Both the position numbers and the translations under genes were made by a program. This document shows, one piece after another, positions 9,059 through 18,314 of a DNA stretch of 64,000 nt. The DNA lies in the NCBI GenBank assembly GCA_026128965.1, contig JAHCIY010000002.1, forward strand, positions 1,872,468 to 1,936,467. Direction: 5' to 3'. Each line of letters starts with the position of its first letter. Within the stretch, counting starts at the first letter, position 1. Source of the stretch: Labilithrix sp. (GTDB taxonomy: Bacteria > Myxococcota_A > Polyangia > Polyangiales > Polyangiaceae). Under the pieces are notes generated by a model. The model did not search any database, had not been told where the DNA came from, and was given only the letters and a program-made list of their open reading frames with translations.

Positions 9059-11167
9059 TCACTGCGGGAAGGGGTGCAGCCCGCTCGCTACCGGCGGATC
9101 GACCGCGCCGTCCCAGTCGTGGGGCGCGTTGGCTCCGTAGTCGCCGGTGTGTCGGAACAGCGTCGTGCGGTAGGAGGGGGCCGGGACGGAGAACTCGGAG
9201 GCAGGCACGACGAGCAAGATCGTGTCGTCGCGCAGGATGACGCGCGCCATCGACGTCGCCGACGACGTCGATCCGCCCGACGCGTCGGTGACCTTCAACG
9301 ACCAGCCGGCCGCGGGCGAGTACTCGGCGGCGTACCAGCGATCGGTGCCCTTGAAGAAGTCGTTCGGGTATGCGGCCGCAGGCACGTAGTTGTTCGAAGG
9401 GTTCCCGTCCGCGTCGAACACGAAGCCGTACTGAAAATGATTCGTCGCGTCGGTCAGTGGGATCGGGTCCTGTACCGTCGCGTAGAGCATGAGGTAGCTG
9501 CCTTCGACGAGCGGCTGCACGGGCGACGGGCAAAGCGTGAAGCCGTTCGGCCCCGCGCCGCACGGAAAGTCGGAGTTGTTGAAGCGAGCGTCCAAGAGGG
9601 CCTGCGCGAGCGTCGTCACGAGCGCGCCACGGCGCAAGAGCCGCGTGAAGTTCCCCGGTGCCTTCGGAGGAACACCGCTACCAGACCACTGCGTCAAGCT
9701 CGGGAGTGACGGCAGGACGCACGCGAGGTGAGGCTCCACCACGCCGAAGAAAGCGGCGAGCTGGGCAAGCGCGGTGAGCTTCGGGTCTTGCGGCGTGCAC
9801 GCCGTCGACGCGCCCGCGCAGCGGAAGTTCAGGACGGTAGGGCGCTCGAGCAAGACCGGCCAAGAAGAGCCCGTGAACTCCCCCCCCGTGAACTCCCCCC
9901 GCACACGGTAGAGAGCGCCGATCGCGTGCGTTCCGGGGGCCTTGCAAACGTACTTGAAGGCCAGCGTCTGCGATTGTCCCGTGGGCACGAAGGGGGCGCG
10001 GGCGACGATCGTCCCGGCCTCTACGGAGCTCTGGATCGGTGTCAACTGGTCCGTTGGCCCGTCGTAACGGATCTCGACGTGCTGGCTGGGGGAGAGCAGG
10101 AGGTGCGACGTCGTGGCGCCAAGGGCGCTCCCCGTCACTCCGAGCGTCGCGGTGGCGTCGTGCGCGACGTCGAGCGTGCACCCGTCGGTGCAGGATCCAT
10201 CGAGCGTCAGCGAGAGCGACGGATACCGAGCGGCGCTCCCCAAGATCTCGGCGAGCTTGTTGCTGACGTACATGAGCTCTAGGCCGCCGATGCCGCTCCG
10301 CAGCGTCTCTTTCGTCTCGGCGGCGAGCTCTGTCAGCGACTCCTGCAGCGCGTGCCCCACGCTCGCGGGCGCCGCGCTCGGCGCCGGCGGCGGGTTCAAG
10401 GGGGGGACGCACTGAACGTCGCGCTGGATCCACGCCGTGGTCGGCCCCCGCCCCTCCGCGACGGTGTGAAGCTGAACCTCGATCTTCCCAGGACCCTCCT
10501 GTGCACACTCGAGCGGCAGAGGCGTCAGCTGCGGTGAGAATTGTCCGAAGGCGACCCACTCCGCGCGCACCGGCGCGCGGAGTCGGATCGCACCCGTCGC
10601 CTCGGCTCGGACGACGTAGTTGCCGTTCACCTGAGGCGTAACGACGATCGGCGTCTCCCACGTGGCGCCGACGAGCTTCGGCGCCACGGGGCCCAGGAAG
10701 ACGACCGCGTCTCGCCCCGCCGCGGGGCCGCCCGGCATCGTTTCCCTGAGCCAGACCCTTGAGAAATGCGGGATCGGCGTGGCCAGCCAGGTTTCCTCGA
10801 CCCCTCCGACGACCTCCGCGCCGAGCGCGAACGTCTGGAGCGACTCGCGTTCACCGCCCTCCGACTCCAACGTCGCGGAGGACACCCACCGCTGGCCGTC
10901 CTCCGTCGGCGGGAGCCGTACGAAGAGCCCCGCCGGCGTCGTGAACACGAGGCCGCTCGGCTCGAGCGCGTACCCGGAGTCGTCTCCGCGTTCGACGCGT
11001 GTGATGCGAATGTCGACGCCTGCGGGCGCCGACCCCTCGGGGACCCACAGCACCGCGTCGCCGTCGTCGCTGACGACGAAGCGCTCGGGCCGCGGGCTCT
11101 CGTCGTCGCCGCAACCGCTCGCGACGACGAGCCCGACGGCGAACGCGCCGATCGCGCGAGGCTTCAC
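9059..11167 (-). CDS. large secreted lipoprotein, unknown function
   Basis: GTG start gives VKPRAIGAFAVGLVVASGC, a signal peptide with lipobox. About 700 aa with no recognised catalytic motif. It contains a GEFTGGEFTG tandem repeat encoded at 9880..9905. Confidence 0.55.
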   Translation of the reverse strand: MKPRAIGAFAVGLVVASGCGDDESPRPERFVVSDDGDAVLWVPEGSAPAGVDIRITRVERGDDSGYALEPSGLVFTTPAGLFVRLPPTEDGQRWVSSATLESEGGERESLQTFALGAEVVGGVEETWLATPIPHFSRVWLRETMPGGPAAGRDAVVFLGPVAPKLVGATWETPIVVTPQVNGNYVVRAEATGAIRLRAPVRAEWVAFGQFSPQLTPLPLECAQEGPGKIEVQLHTVAEGRGPTTAWIQRDVQCVPPLNPPPAPSAAPASVGHALQESLTELAAETKETLRSGIGGLELMYVSNKLAEILGSAARYPSLSLTLDGSCTDGCTLDVAHDATATLGVTGSALGATTSHLLLSPSQHVEIRYDGPTDQLTPIQSSVEAGTIVARAPFVPTGQSQTLAFKYVCKAPGTHAIGALYRVRGEFTGGEFTGSSWPVLLERPTVLNFRCAGASTACTPQDPKLTALAQLAAFFGVVEPHLACVLPSLPSLTQWSGSGVPPKAPGNFTRLLRRGALVTTLAQALLDARFNNSDFPCGAGPNGFTLCPSPVQPLVEGSYLMLYATVQDPIPLTDATNHFQYGFVFDADGNPSNNYVPAAAYPNDFFKGTDRWYAAEYSPAAGWSLKVTDASGGSTSSATSMARVILRDDTILLVVPASEFSVPAPSYRTTLFRHTGDYGANAPHDWDGAVDPPVASGLHPFPQ

Positions 11168-11757
11168 GGGTTCTCCGTGATGCTGAACGCGTAGTCGAGC
11201 GGCGGTCCGCTGGTGGTGACGATGACGTAGTAGGTCTTGCCCGGTTCGACGGGATCGGTGCCCTCGCGGATCGTGAGGTTGCAGCTCCCTGCGTTGTCGC
11301 AGCAGCGCAACCCCCCGGTGATGTCGCAGAGACCGATCGTCGTGTCCGTCTGCCATCGGATCGCTCCGCCGAACGGAGGCGTGAGGGTCGTGACGTTCAC
11401 GGCGACGCTCGTGAAAGCCTGCGCAGGGACGTACTTGTAGTAGTGGGCCGAGGTGGTGCCTGGCGGCAAGGAGCCGGCAACGTTCTGTCCGCTGGTGATC
11501 GTCTGGGCCTTCGCGGGCGAGTCGGGGCTCGTCGAGCCGGCGTCCGCGCCGGAGTCGCTTCCGGCGTCCGCTCCCGCCTCAACCACAGGTCCGGCGTCAA
11601 CCCCAGGTCCGGCGTCGACGATCGTGCCACTCTCGGCACTCGGGCCTGCGTCCTGAGAAACGCCCTCCGTCGAAGCCGACTCGTCGCCGCATGCGGCGAG
11701 TGCAGCAGTCCATGAGCCACACACCAGGAGTGCGTACACGAGATGACGAGTGTTCAT
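11164..11757 (-). CDS. lipoprotein, unknown function
   Basis: MNTRHLVYALLVCGSWTAALAACGDE is a signal peptide with lipobox. Its stop overlaps the downstream gene's GTG start (GTGA). Confidence 0.55.
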   Translation of the reverse strand: MNTRHLVYALLVCGSWTAALAACGDESASTEGVSQDAGPSAESGTIVDAGPGVDAGPVVEAGADAGSDSGADAGSTSPDSPAKAQTITSGQNVAGSLPPGTTSAHYYKYVPAQAFTSVAVNVTTLTPPFGGAIRWQTDTTIGLCDITGGLRCCDNAGSCNLTIREGTDPVEPGKTYYVIVTTSGPPLDYAFSITENP

Positions 11758-12096
11758 TGGCCGCTCCTTCTCCAGTGCCCACGCGCTGCTTGATAGACAA
11801 GGCGGCGCGGGGCGACTCGGGCCGCTACCGGCCGTGTGCTAGATCGCTCGCGTGACGCTATGCGCGGAGCGCTGGGCTCGATATCCCCCGATCGGAGGGG
11901 GCCGGGCGCCGCCAAGCGGCCGACTCGGTCCCGAGAGCGCCGGTGCACCAGCGTCGTCTCGACCCGCCCCGCCTTCGGCGTCCACACCACTCGCCACACC
12001 AGTCCGGCCCGGCGCCACACCACCTGCCCGACCATCCTGGCGTAACGCTCCGTTACGTCCAGAAACGCGAAAGGCCGCCATCGGCGGCCTCGCTAT

Positions 12097-12113
12097 TGAG
12101 CGGGAGAAGGGAT
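12097..12113 (-). repeat. 17-bp direct repeat of the tRNA-Gly 3' end (AATCCCTTCTCCCGCTC), att-site-like
   Basis: Exact copy of the tRNA 3' terminus 132 bp downstream of the tRNA on the minus strand. It is followed by its own GC hairpin (12068..12090) and a T-rich tract, mirroring the tRNA-terminator arrangement. Confidence 0.7.
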
Positions 12114-12211
12114 TTGCTCTTCCCTGTACGAGTCCGCGAAGCCGGCCGAGTCTTCGAGGCCGAGCGAAGTGGACGAGTACACGGGAAGACAGAATCCCTG
12201 AAAATGGCGAA

Positions 12212-12236
12212 GGGCCAGGACCGAAGGTCCTGGCCC
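12212..12236 (-). terminator. intrinsic-terminator-like hairpin downstream of tRNA-Gly
   Basis: GGGCCAGGACC-TTC-GGTCCTGGCCC (11-bp stem) starts 8 nt after the tRNA 3' end. On the minus strand it is followed by TTCGCCATTTTCAGG. Confidence 0.6.
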
Positions 12237-12244
12237 AAGCAGAG

Positions 12245-12316
12245 AGCGGGAGAAGGGATTCGAACCCTCGACGTCCACCTTGGCAAGGTGGCACTCTACC
12301 ACTGAGTTACTCCCGC
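12245..12316 (-). tRNA. tRNA-Gly (anticodon GCC)
   Basis: Minus-strand GCGGGAGTAACTCAGTGGTAGAGTGCCACCTTGCCAAGGTGGACGTCGAGGGTTCGAATCCCTTCTCCCGCT. The anticodon stem-loop is CCACC-TTGCCAA-GGTGG, and the TpsiC arm is GGTTCGAATCC. The cloverleaf is consistent. Confidence 0.9.
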
Positions 12317-12377
12317 AACCGTGTGGTGCAGGCTTCATAGGCGAAGCGGATTGGCTCGTCAACACGCTCGTGATGGG

Positions 12378-13244
12378 TCACTTGCAGCGGCCGTGCGTGC
12401 CGGCTGTGTGGATGGTGGCGAGCTCCTGCGTCGTGAGGGCGCGGTCGTAGAGGGCGACCTCGTCGATGGAGCCGTTGAAGCGGTTTTGGCCGTTGGAGTC
12501 GGCGCCGATGCGGAGGGGGAGGGAGTTGTCGGGGAGGGTCACCGTCGTTGGGAGCGACGTGACCTCGGCGCCGTTCACGTAGAGGCGCGCGGTCGCGCCG
12601 TCGTAGGTGCCGGCGACGTGGACCCATGCGTTTGTCGGTAGGTTCGCGGGGCTCGAGGTGACCGTCTCGCCGAGGATGATGCGGAGCTTGTTCGCGTGCG
12701 TGTCGAGCAAGTAGCCGTTCGACGTGCCTGCGCCGATCTTGTCGATGATGCGGCCGCCGAGCTGCGTCGCTCGGATCCACGCCTCCATCGTGATCCGCGC
12801 CGGACGTAGGGGCGGCGCGTGCGGGACCTGGACGAAGCTCGTGCCTCCGAGCATGAACGCCTCGCCGACGTGTCCCGCATCGTACGTCACCGGCGTCGCG
12901 CCGCTCTGCGTGCCCGACGCGCCCGCGTGCGTGCTCACCCGATCCTGCATCGTCCCGTCGCCCGTCCACCACGCGATCATGCCGGGCGCCGCTGCAAGAC
13001 ACGGCGGGCCTGCGTCGGCGTCGGCGTCGGCGTCGGGCTCGGAGACGTCGACGTCGGGCGTGACGGACGCGTCGGCATCGGGATCGGCATCGGCATCGGA
13101 ATCGATGGAGGCGTCTGTGCTCGCGTCGGGCGTAGGCGCGGTCGGAGGTCCCGCCTCCTCTGGAAGCTGGCCCGTCCCCGTCATGTCGAGGCCGCATGCG
13201 AGGAAGAGGCGCGCTGCGAGCGCCGCGAGCGCGAGGCGCCTCAT
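12378..13244 (-). CDS. secreted lipoprotein with LamG/concanavalin-like domain
   Basis: MRRLALAALAARLFLACG lipobox, then an acidic (DA)n linker encoded by a GTCGGC repeat. The C-terminal ...WVHVAGTYDGATARLYVNGAEV...FNGSIDEVALYDRALTTQEL is a LamG_3-type fold signature. Confidence 0.7.
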   Translation of the reverse strand: MRRLALAALAARLFLACGLDMTGTGQLPEEAGPPTAPTPDASTDASIDSDADADPDADASVTPDVDVSEPDADADADAGPPCLAAAPGMIAWWTGDGTMQDRVSTHAGASGTQSGATPVTYDAGHVGEAFMLGGTSFVQVPHAPPLRPARITMEAWIRATQLGGRIIDKIGAGTSNGYLLDTHANKLRIILGETVTSSPANLPTNAWVHVAGTYDGATARLYVNGAEVTSLPTTVTLPDNSLPLRIGADSNGQNRFNGSIDEVALYDRALTTQELATIHTAGTHGRCK

Positions 13245-14134
13245 CGCAGCAGCATCGCGACGGTCGTGCTCGGCTTCGACGCGTCGCCGCCCGCTGGGAC
13301 GAAGGCGCCGACGGCGGCGACGCTCGGCGCTCCGTCCGTGAGGGCGAGGCGGAGCGTCGCGCGGTCGCCGGCGAAGAAGGGCTTGCGGTAGCGGAGCTCG
13401 ATGGCGCGCGCGAGGAGGAGGTGCTCGGTCGGCTTCGTGCCCGGCGCGAGGCGCACGCGCGCTCGCTCGACGGCACGCGCCACCGCCGCCTCCTCGAAGA
13501 GGCGCGGGTACACGAGCGAGTTCACGTGCTGGTTCGAGTCCGTGTGCATCATCCCGAAGAGGTGCTCGTGCGCGGGCTCGAGCGCGTGGCTCGCGACGAG
13601 GGCGACGGCCTCGGCGTGCGGGTGCTCGTCTTCGGGGATGGCGGGTAGGCCGGCGAAATCGAGACGGGTCACCTTGCGTTCGGCCGGCGGGCCGAAGGGG
13701 CGCGTCATGACGTGCTCGGCGTAGAGGCGGCCGACGCGGCGGCGCGGGGCGTCGGGCGGGGGAGCGGGCGCGAGCGTGTGCGCGTTCGGGGCGTAGGCGT
13801 CGAGCCACATGTCGAGGAAGATGCGCTCGCCGTTCGTCTCGCGCGCGAGGCGCCACGTGCCTTCGACGTCGACCGGGACCTGCGCGCCGAAGGGGCCCTC
13901 GTCGCCGTCCTGCATCACGACGCGGCTGAGGATGGGGAGGACGCCGCTGTCGCGGAACGCCTGGAGGCGCTCGTGCTCCGCGAGGCTGCGCCACACCGCG
14001 CCGAGGCCCGGCATGAGGGAAGGGAGGAGGACGCGGCCGTCCTGCGCGACGTCCTCGTAGCGGAGGTCGAGCTTCGCGCGGCCGGTGGACTCGTAGCCGC
14101 GCGCGGGAGGAATCGGTGGAATGGAGGATATCGT
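13241..14134 (-). CDS. hotdog-fold acyl-ACP/acyl-CoA thioesterase
   Basis: HTDSNQHVNSLVYPRLFEEA matches the D.N.HVNN..Y motif of FatA/acyl-ACP thioesterases. The N-terminus is uncertain: a TTG at ~14134 overlapping the upstream stop is preferred, or ATG at 14014. Its stop overlaps the downstream ATG (ATGA). Confidence 0.6.
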   Translation of the reverse strand, partial: TISSIPPIPPARGYESTGRAKLDLRYEDVAQDGRVLLPSLMPGLGAVWRSLAEHERLQAFRDSGVLPILSRVVMQDGDEGPFGAQVPVDVEGTWRLARETNGERIFLDMWLDAYAPNAHTLAPAPPPDAPRRRVGRLYAEHVMTRPFGPPAERKVTRLDFAGLPAIPEDEHPHAEAVALVASHALEPAHEHLFGMMHTDSNQHVNSLVYPRLFEEAAVARAVERARVRLAPGTKPTEHLLLARAIELRYRKPFFAGDRATLRLALTDGAPSVAAVGAFVPAGGDASKPSTTVAMLLR

Positions 14135-15375
14135 CAAAGGTAGAATCCGACCGCGGCGTGGCTGACGATCGAGCCTTCCTCCGGATCGATCGTCTGCTCG
14201 TAGTGCTTCACCTTCCCCTTCGCGCTCGGGTCGATGACGCGGAGGAGCGAGTACATCGGGCCGAGGCCGCAGACGCGGCGCGTGTCGAGATCGGCGGCGA
14301 CGTGCTCCCAGAAGGCCTCCGCGTCGACGCGCTCGGCGCGGTCGAGGGAGTCGCGATCGGTGCCGTCGAGGAGGGTGCGCTCCTCGGCGTCGAGCGGTCG
14401 CGGGTCGCCGAAGCGCGGGCCGACGTGCGCGAGGTCCGCGCCCGCGATGACGACCGCGCCCTTGTCGTCGACGACCTTGCGGACGGCGTCGAGGAAGCGC
14501 GCGACGGGCTTCGACCGGGAAGGGGACTGGCCGCTGCCCTGCTGCTCGCCGAGGCCCGCGAGGATGGGAACGATGCGCGGAGGTCTGCGCTTCGGGTCGC
14601 GCGCGAGGACGTGGCGGAGGAAGACGGCCTGGAACTCGAGCGAGTGCTCGCGCTTGTGGTTGAACTGGTCGGCGTACGGATCGAAGTCGCTCGCGGCGGC
14701 GATGGAGTCGATCGCGTCGAGGTCGGCGTCGACCCGGCCGAGCGGGGTCGCGAAGGCCTTGCGGCAGAGCGCGAACGGCTCGCGCATCGGGGCGTGCGAC
14801 GTGCCGAGGAGGATGAACGTGTCGGCGTCGGCGGGGAGCGCCTCGGCGAACGCGGCGTAGGCGGCGCCGTAGCAGGCTGCGCCGCGCCACGGATCGATGT
14901 GCGGCGCGACGAGGGCGACGAGGCGGCCCTTCTCCTTCTTCGACGCGGGAGCGGCGGAGAGGCATTTCTGGTCGATGTAATCTGCAAGTTTATTTGGGTC
15001 GTCGTGGTAGGCGCCGCCGGCGTGGGAGGCGGGGCGCACGGCGGCGTCCGCGAACTCGCGCTCGATGCGGGCGCGCTCGCGCTTGTAGGGGGCGCCTTCG
15101 ACGAAGAGGGCCTCCTCGAGCTCGCTCGCGAGCTGGACGACGAGGGAGACGGGCACCGTCTCGCCGGCCTCCTTCGAGAGGTCGCGCGCGATTTGCTCGC
15201 ACGTCGCGTGGCCGGTGAAGCGGGCGACGATCGGGACCACGTCGATGGGGAGCACGACGTGGTTGTGCGCGACGCCTTGCGTGTCGCGCAGCATCAGCGC
15301 CCGGCCGAGGCGCCGGTCCTGGATCATGACGGTCTCGATCGGACGAAGTCGAGGACGCGAAGAAGCCGAAGCCAC
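14134..15375 (-). CDS. Memo-like protein (AmmeMemoRadiSam system protein B family) with ~90-aa N-terminal extension
   Basis: HAGGAYHDD and LVAPHIDPWRGAACYGAAYAAF fit the HAG..YSG motif. ILLGTSH, EHSLEFQAVFL and VVIAGADLAHVG align with Memo1/AmmeMemoRadiSam protein B conserved blocks. Start may be M1 or M17. Confidence 0.7.
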   Translation of the reverse strand: MASASSRPRLRPIETVMIQDRRLGRALMLRDTQGVAHNHVVLPIDVVPIVARFTGHATCEQIARDLSKEAGETVPVSLVVQLASELEEALFVEGAPYKRERARIEREFADAAVRPASHAGGAYHDDPNKLADYIDQKCLSAAPASKKEKGRLVALVAPHIDPWRGAACYGAAYAAFAEALPADADTFILLGTSHAPMREPFALCRKAFATPLGRVDADLDAIDSIAAASDFDPYADQFNHKREHSLEFQAVFLRHVLARDPKRRPPRIVPILAGLGEQQGSGQSPSRSKPVARFLDAVRKVVDDKGAVVIAGADLAHVGPRFGDPRPLDAEERTLLDGTDRDSLDRAERVDAEAFWEHVAADLDTRRVCGLGPMYSLLRVIDPSAKGKVKHYEQTIDPEEGSIVSHAAVGFYL

Positions 15376-15402
15376 GAGGTCTCGCTAGTGTAGGGGAGCT
15401 GG

Positions 15403-15876
15403 ATGCCGCGAGGAAAGGGACAGCCTGACAGCTCAGCCGCGTATCGCGCCGAGTTGCGTGCGCTCTACAAGGAAGTGGACGGCCTGCTCGAGGGCTGGAC
15501 ATGCGACACGAGCACGGATTGCTGCCGCTTCGGCGTGACGGGGCGGGAGCCGTACCCGACCGCGATCGAGCTCGCGGAGCTCGATCACGCGGTGCGGGCG
15601 CGCGGGGGCTTGCCGAAGCGGCGCACGTTGCCGCTCGCGGAGGAGCGTCGCTGCCCGCTCCTCGACGACGCGGGGCGATGCCTCGTCTATGCCGCGCGGC
15701 CGTTCGGCTGCCGCACCTTCTTCTGCGATCGCGCGGAGGGGCCGGCCGGCGAGCGGGCCGTGCCGCGTGACGCGATCCAGCGCATCAGCCGTGCGATCGC
15801 GGCGCTCTCGACGCGCTTCGCCCCCGCCGATCCCGGTCCGCGCCCGCTCTCGCGAGCCGTGGCGCGCGGAAAGTGA
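15403..15876 (+). CDS. YkgJ/UPF0153-family CxxCxxCC Fe-S/zinc-chelating domain protein
   Basis: CDTSTDCCRFG ... RCPLLDDAGRCLVYAARPFGCRTFFC is the PF03692 Cys pattern. It is divergent from the Memo operon. Confidence 0.65.
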   Translation: MPRGKGQPDSSAAYRAELRALYKEVDGLLEGWTCDTSTDCCRFGVTGREPYPTAIELAELDHAVRARGGLPKRRTLPLAEERRCPLLDDAGRCLVYAARPFGCRTFFCDRAEGPAGERAVPRDAIQRISRAIAALSTRFAPADPGPRPLSRAVARGK

Positions 15877-15917
15877 GGAGCGCGCGGCCGCGGGGGCGAG
15901 CGCGTGGCTCGCTGGGG

Positions 15918-15978
15918 CGGCGCGTTGGACGTGTGGGCGGGGGCTTGTGGGGCGGTGCGTCGGACGTGTGGGCGGGGG
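15918..15978. promoter_or_regulatory. pair of G-rich 26-bp direct repeats (core GGACGTGTGGGCGGGGGC x2) followed by an AT-rich box upstream of the sulfatase-like operon
   Basis: GGCGCGTTGGACGTGTGGGCGGGGGC and GGTGCGTCGGACGTGTGGGCGGGGGC lie 35 bp apart. GGGATGATAATTCGCGGGTGATCAGG follows at ~16020..16045. Confidence 0.4.
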
Positions 15979-16038
15979 CGGGGCCGATTTCGCGGCGAAT
16001 TCTGGAAGCGGGGGCGGGGAGGGATGATAATTCGCGGG

Positions 16039-18314
16039 TGATCAGGCGGGGCGCGAGGCGGTTCGTGCGTCTGGTCACGGCCGGTTTGGTGTCGCCGCCT
16101 GTTGCGGGGGCGGCGTATCTCGTGGGGATCGCGGCGTGGGCGGGGACGCGGACGGGGAGCGTCGACAGCGACATCGGGGACCTTCGACGCGCGGACGCGG
16201 TCGCGGTGTTCATGCAGCGTCGATTTCCGGCGGAGCTCACGCGCATGAAGGTCGGGGTCATCGCGATGGCGCTCGCGCTCGGGCTCGTCCTCGGGCTCGC
16301 TGCCGAGGTGCTGCTGCGCGCTCGCCATCCGCGTCGCCGGCTCCTCCGTCGCTCCGCCGCCGGCGCGCTCGTCGAGGGCGTGCTCCTCGTCGCGGCGCTC
16401 CATGCCTTTCTCGTGCTCTGGGCGATGGCCGACACGCCTCAGCTCTACGCCGCGGAGTGGTACGCGCAGGGCGGGTGGCGCCGCGTCGTGCAGCTCTTCG
16501 CGACCGACTGGCTCCGCCCGCGCGGCGTGGTGCTCGCGTTCGTGCTCGGCTGCATCGCCTACGTGCGCCCGACACGCATCGCGTACCTCGCGCGTCGCGC
16601 GTCGCTCCTCGCGCGCCGCCCTCTCCGCGGTGTGCTCCTCCGCATCGCCGTCGCGCCCGCGGTCGCCCTCGCGATCGCGAACGACGCGCCCGCCGCCGAG
16701 GCGAAAGAGAGAGAGGGAAGGTGGGCGAGCGACGCGCCCGCCGCTGAGGCGGTCGCGACCAAGGTGAGTGAATCGTTGGCGGTGGTGGTGCGGGCGCGCT
16801 TGGGGGGGGCCGCGAAGGGGGAGGTCGGCGCGGGGGGAGCTGCATCGCGGATGAATGTGCTTGTTCTTGCCGCGGATTCGCTGCGTGCGGACCGGGTCGA
16901 GGCTCGGGTGGCGCCGAACCTCGTCGCGCTCGCGGAGAAGGGGACGCGGTTCGAGCGGGCGTATATCTCGTTGCCGCGGACGTTTCCTTCTTGGGTGTCG
17001 ATGCTGACCGGGCGGGCGGGGCATCATCATGGGATTCGCTCCATGTTTCCTACGTGGGAAGAGCGCGCGAAGGACCTCGATGCCGCGCCGGCGCGGTTCG
17101 CGAAGGCCGGGTATTCGACCGCGGTCGTGAGCGACTATGCCGGGGACATCTTCGGGCGCGTCGAGCTCGGGTTCGAGACGGTGGACGCGCCGGTCTTCGA
17201 TTTTCGGCAGCTCATTCGGCAAAAGGTGCTCGAGCGCGAGATACCACTCTTGCCGGTGCTTCATTCGCATACCGGGCGGCGGCTCTTTCCCGTCATGCGA
17301 GAGCTCGCCGCGGGCGCGGACCCGCGGCTCCTCGCCGACGACGTCGTGGCGGCGCTGCGCGCGCGCGCGCGGCGGAAGGAGCCATTCTTCGTTACGGCGT
17401 TCTTCTCGGCGCCGCATTTCCCCTATGCGGCGCCGGCTCCTTATTATTCCAAGTTCACGGAGAAGGGATATCGGGGGCGGTTCAAGTACCATAAGCCGGT
17501 CGGGCTCAATCGCGGGTCCGAGGCGCCGCCGGACGCCGACGACATTCGCCAGATCCGCGGCCTCTACGACGGCACCGTCGCCGCGGTCGATGACGCGATC
17601 GGGCGCGTGCTGCGCGCGCTCGAGGAGATGGGGCTCGCGGAGAAGACGATCCTCGTCGTCACCGCCGACCACGGCGAGCTGCTCTACGACAACGGCCACG
17701 GGCAGGGGCACGGCGACCACCTCTTCGGCGACGAGGCGCTCCACGTCCCGCTCATCGTCGTCGATCCGCGCGTGAAGACCGGGCGGCGGGAGACCAGGAT
17801 CGTGCGCGACGTCGACCTCGCGCCGTCGCTGTACGAGCTCGCGGGGGTCGAGCCGCCGAGCGACCTCGACGGCCGCTCGTTCGCGCCCGCGCTGCGCGGC
17901 GAGCCGATCGCGCCGAAGCTCGCGTACGCGGAGTCCGAGCTCTGGTTCACCGAGGACGTCCCGTCGCTCCCCGCCGAGCTGCGCATGCCGTATCCGGGAA
18001 TCATGGCGCTCACGGAGATCGACGCGCGACACAACTCCGAGATCGTGCTGCGGAGAGAGATGCAGCCCGCCACGCTGATGGCGCGCCATCGCATGGTGCG
18101 CGACGAGCGCTGGAAGCTCGTCTACGTCCCGACCCGCCTCGGCGTGAAGTGGATGCTCTTCGACACCGACAACGACAAGGCCGAGATCCACGACGTCGCC
18201 GCCGCGCACCCGAACGAGGTCGCGCGCCTCCAGGCCGACCTCTGGGCGTGGATGCTCGAGGACCCGCAGATGGAACGGCGGAACGGCTTCCTCGTCCCGA
18301 AGGCGAGCCCATGA
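16039..18314 (+). CDS. polytopic-membrane sulfatase-fold hydrolase/transferase (alkaline-phosphatase superfamily), Thr in place of FGly Cys
   Basis: Several N-terminal TM helices precede LVLAADSLRADRV, ...YISLPRTFPSWVSMLTGR and VVTADHGELL (sulfatase DHGE). In the CxPxR position the sequence is T-F-P-S-W. The start is uncertain: GTG ~16039, or the upstream ORF start 15873. Confidence 0.7.

Noticed and set aside
11754-12060. 93-aa ORF and CACACCA-rich sequence in the tRNA-flanking spacer
   Set aside because: There is no RBS or domain. It is more likely noncoding island-boundary DNA, though an sRNA cannot be excluded by eye.
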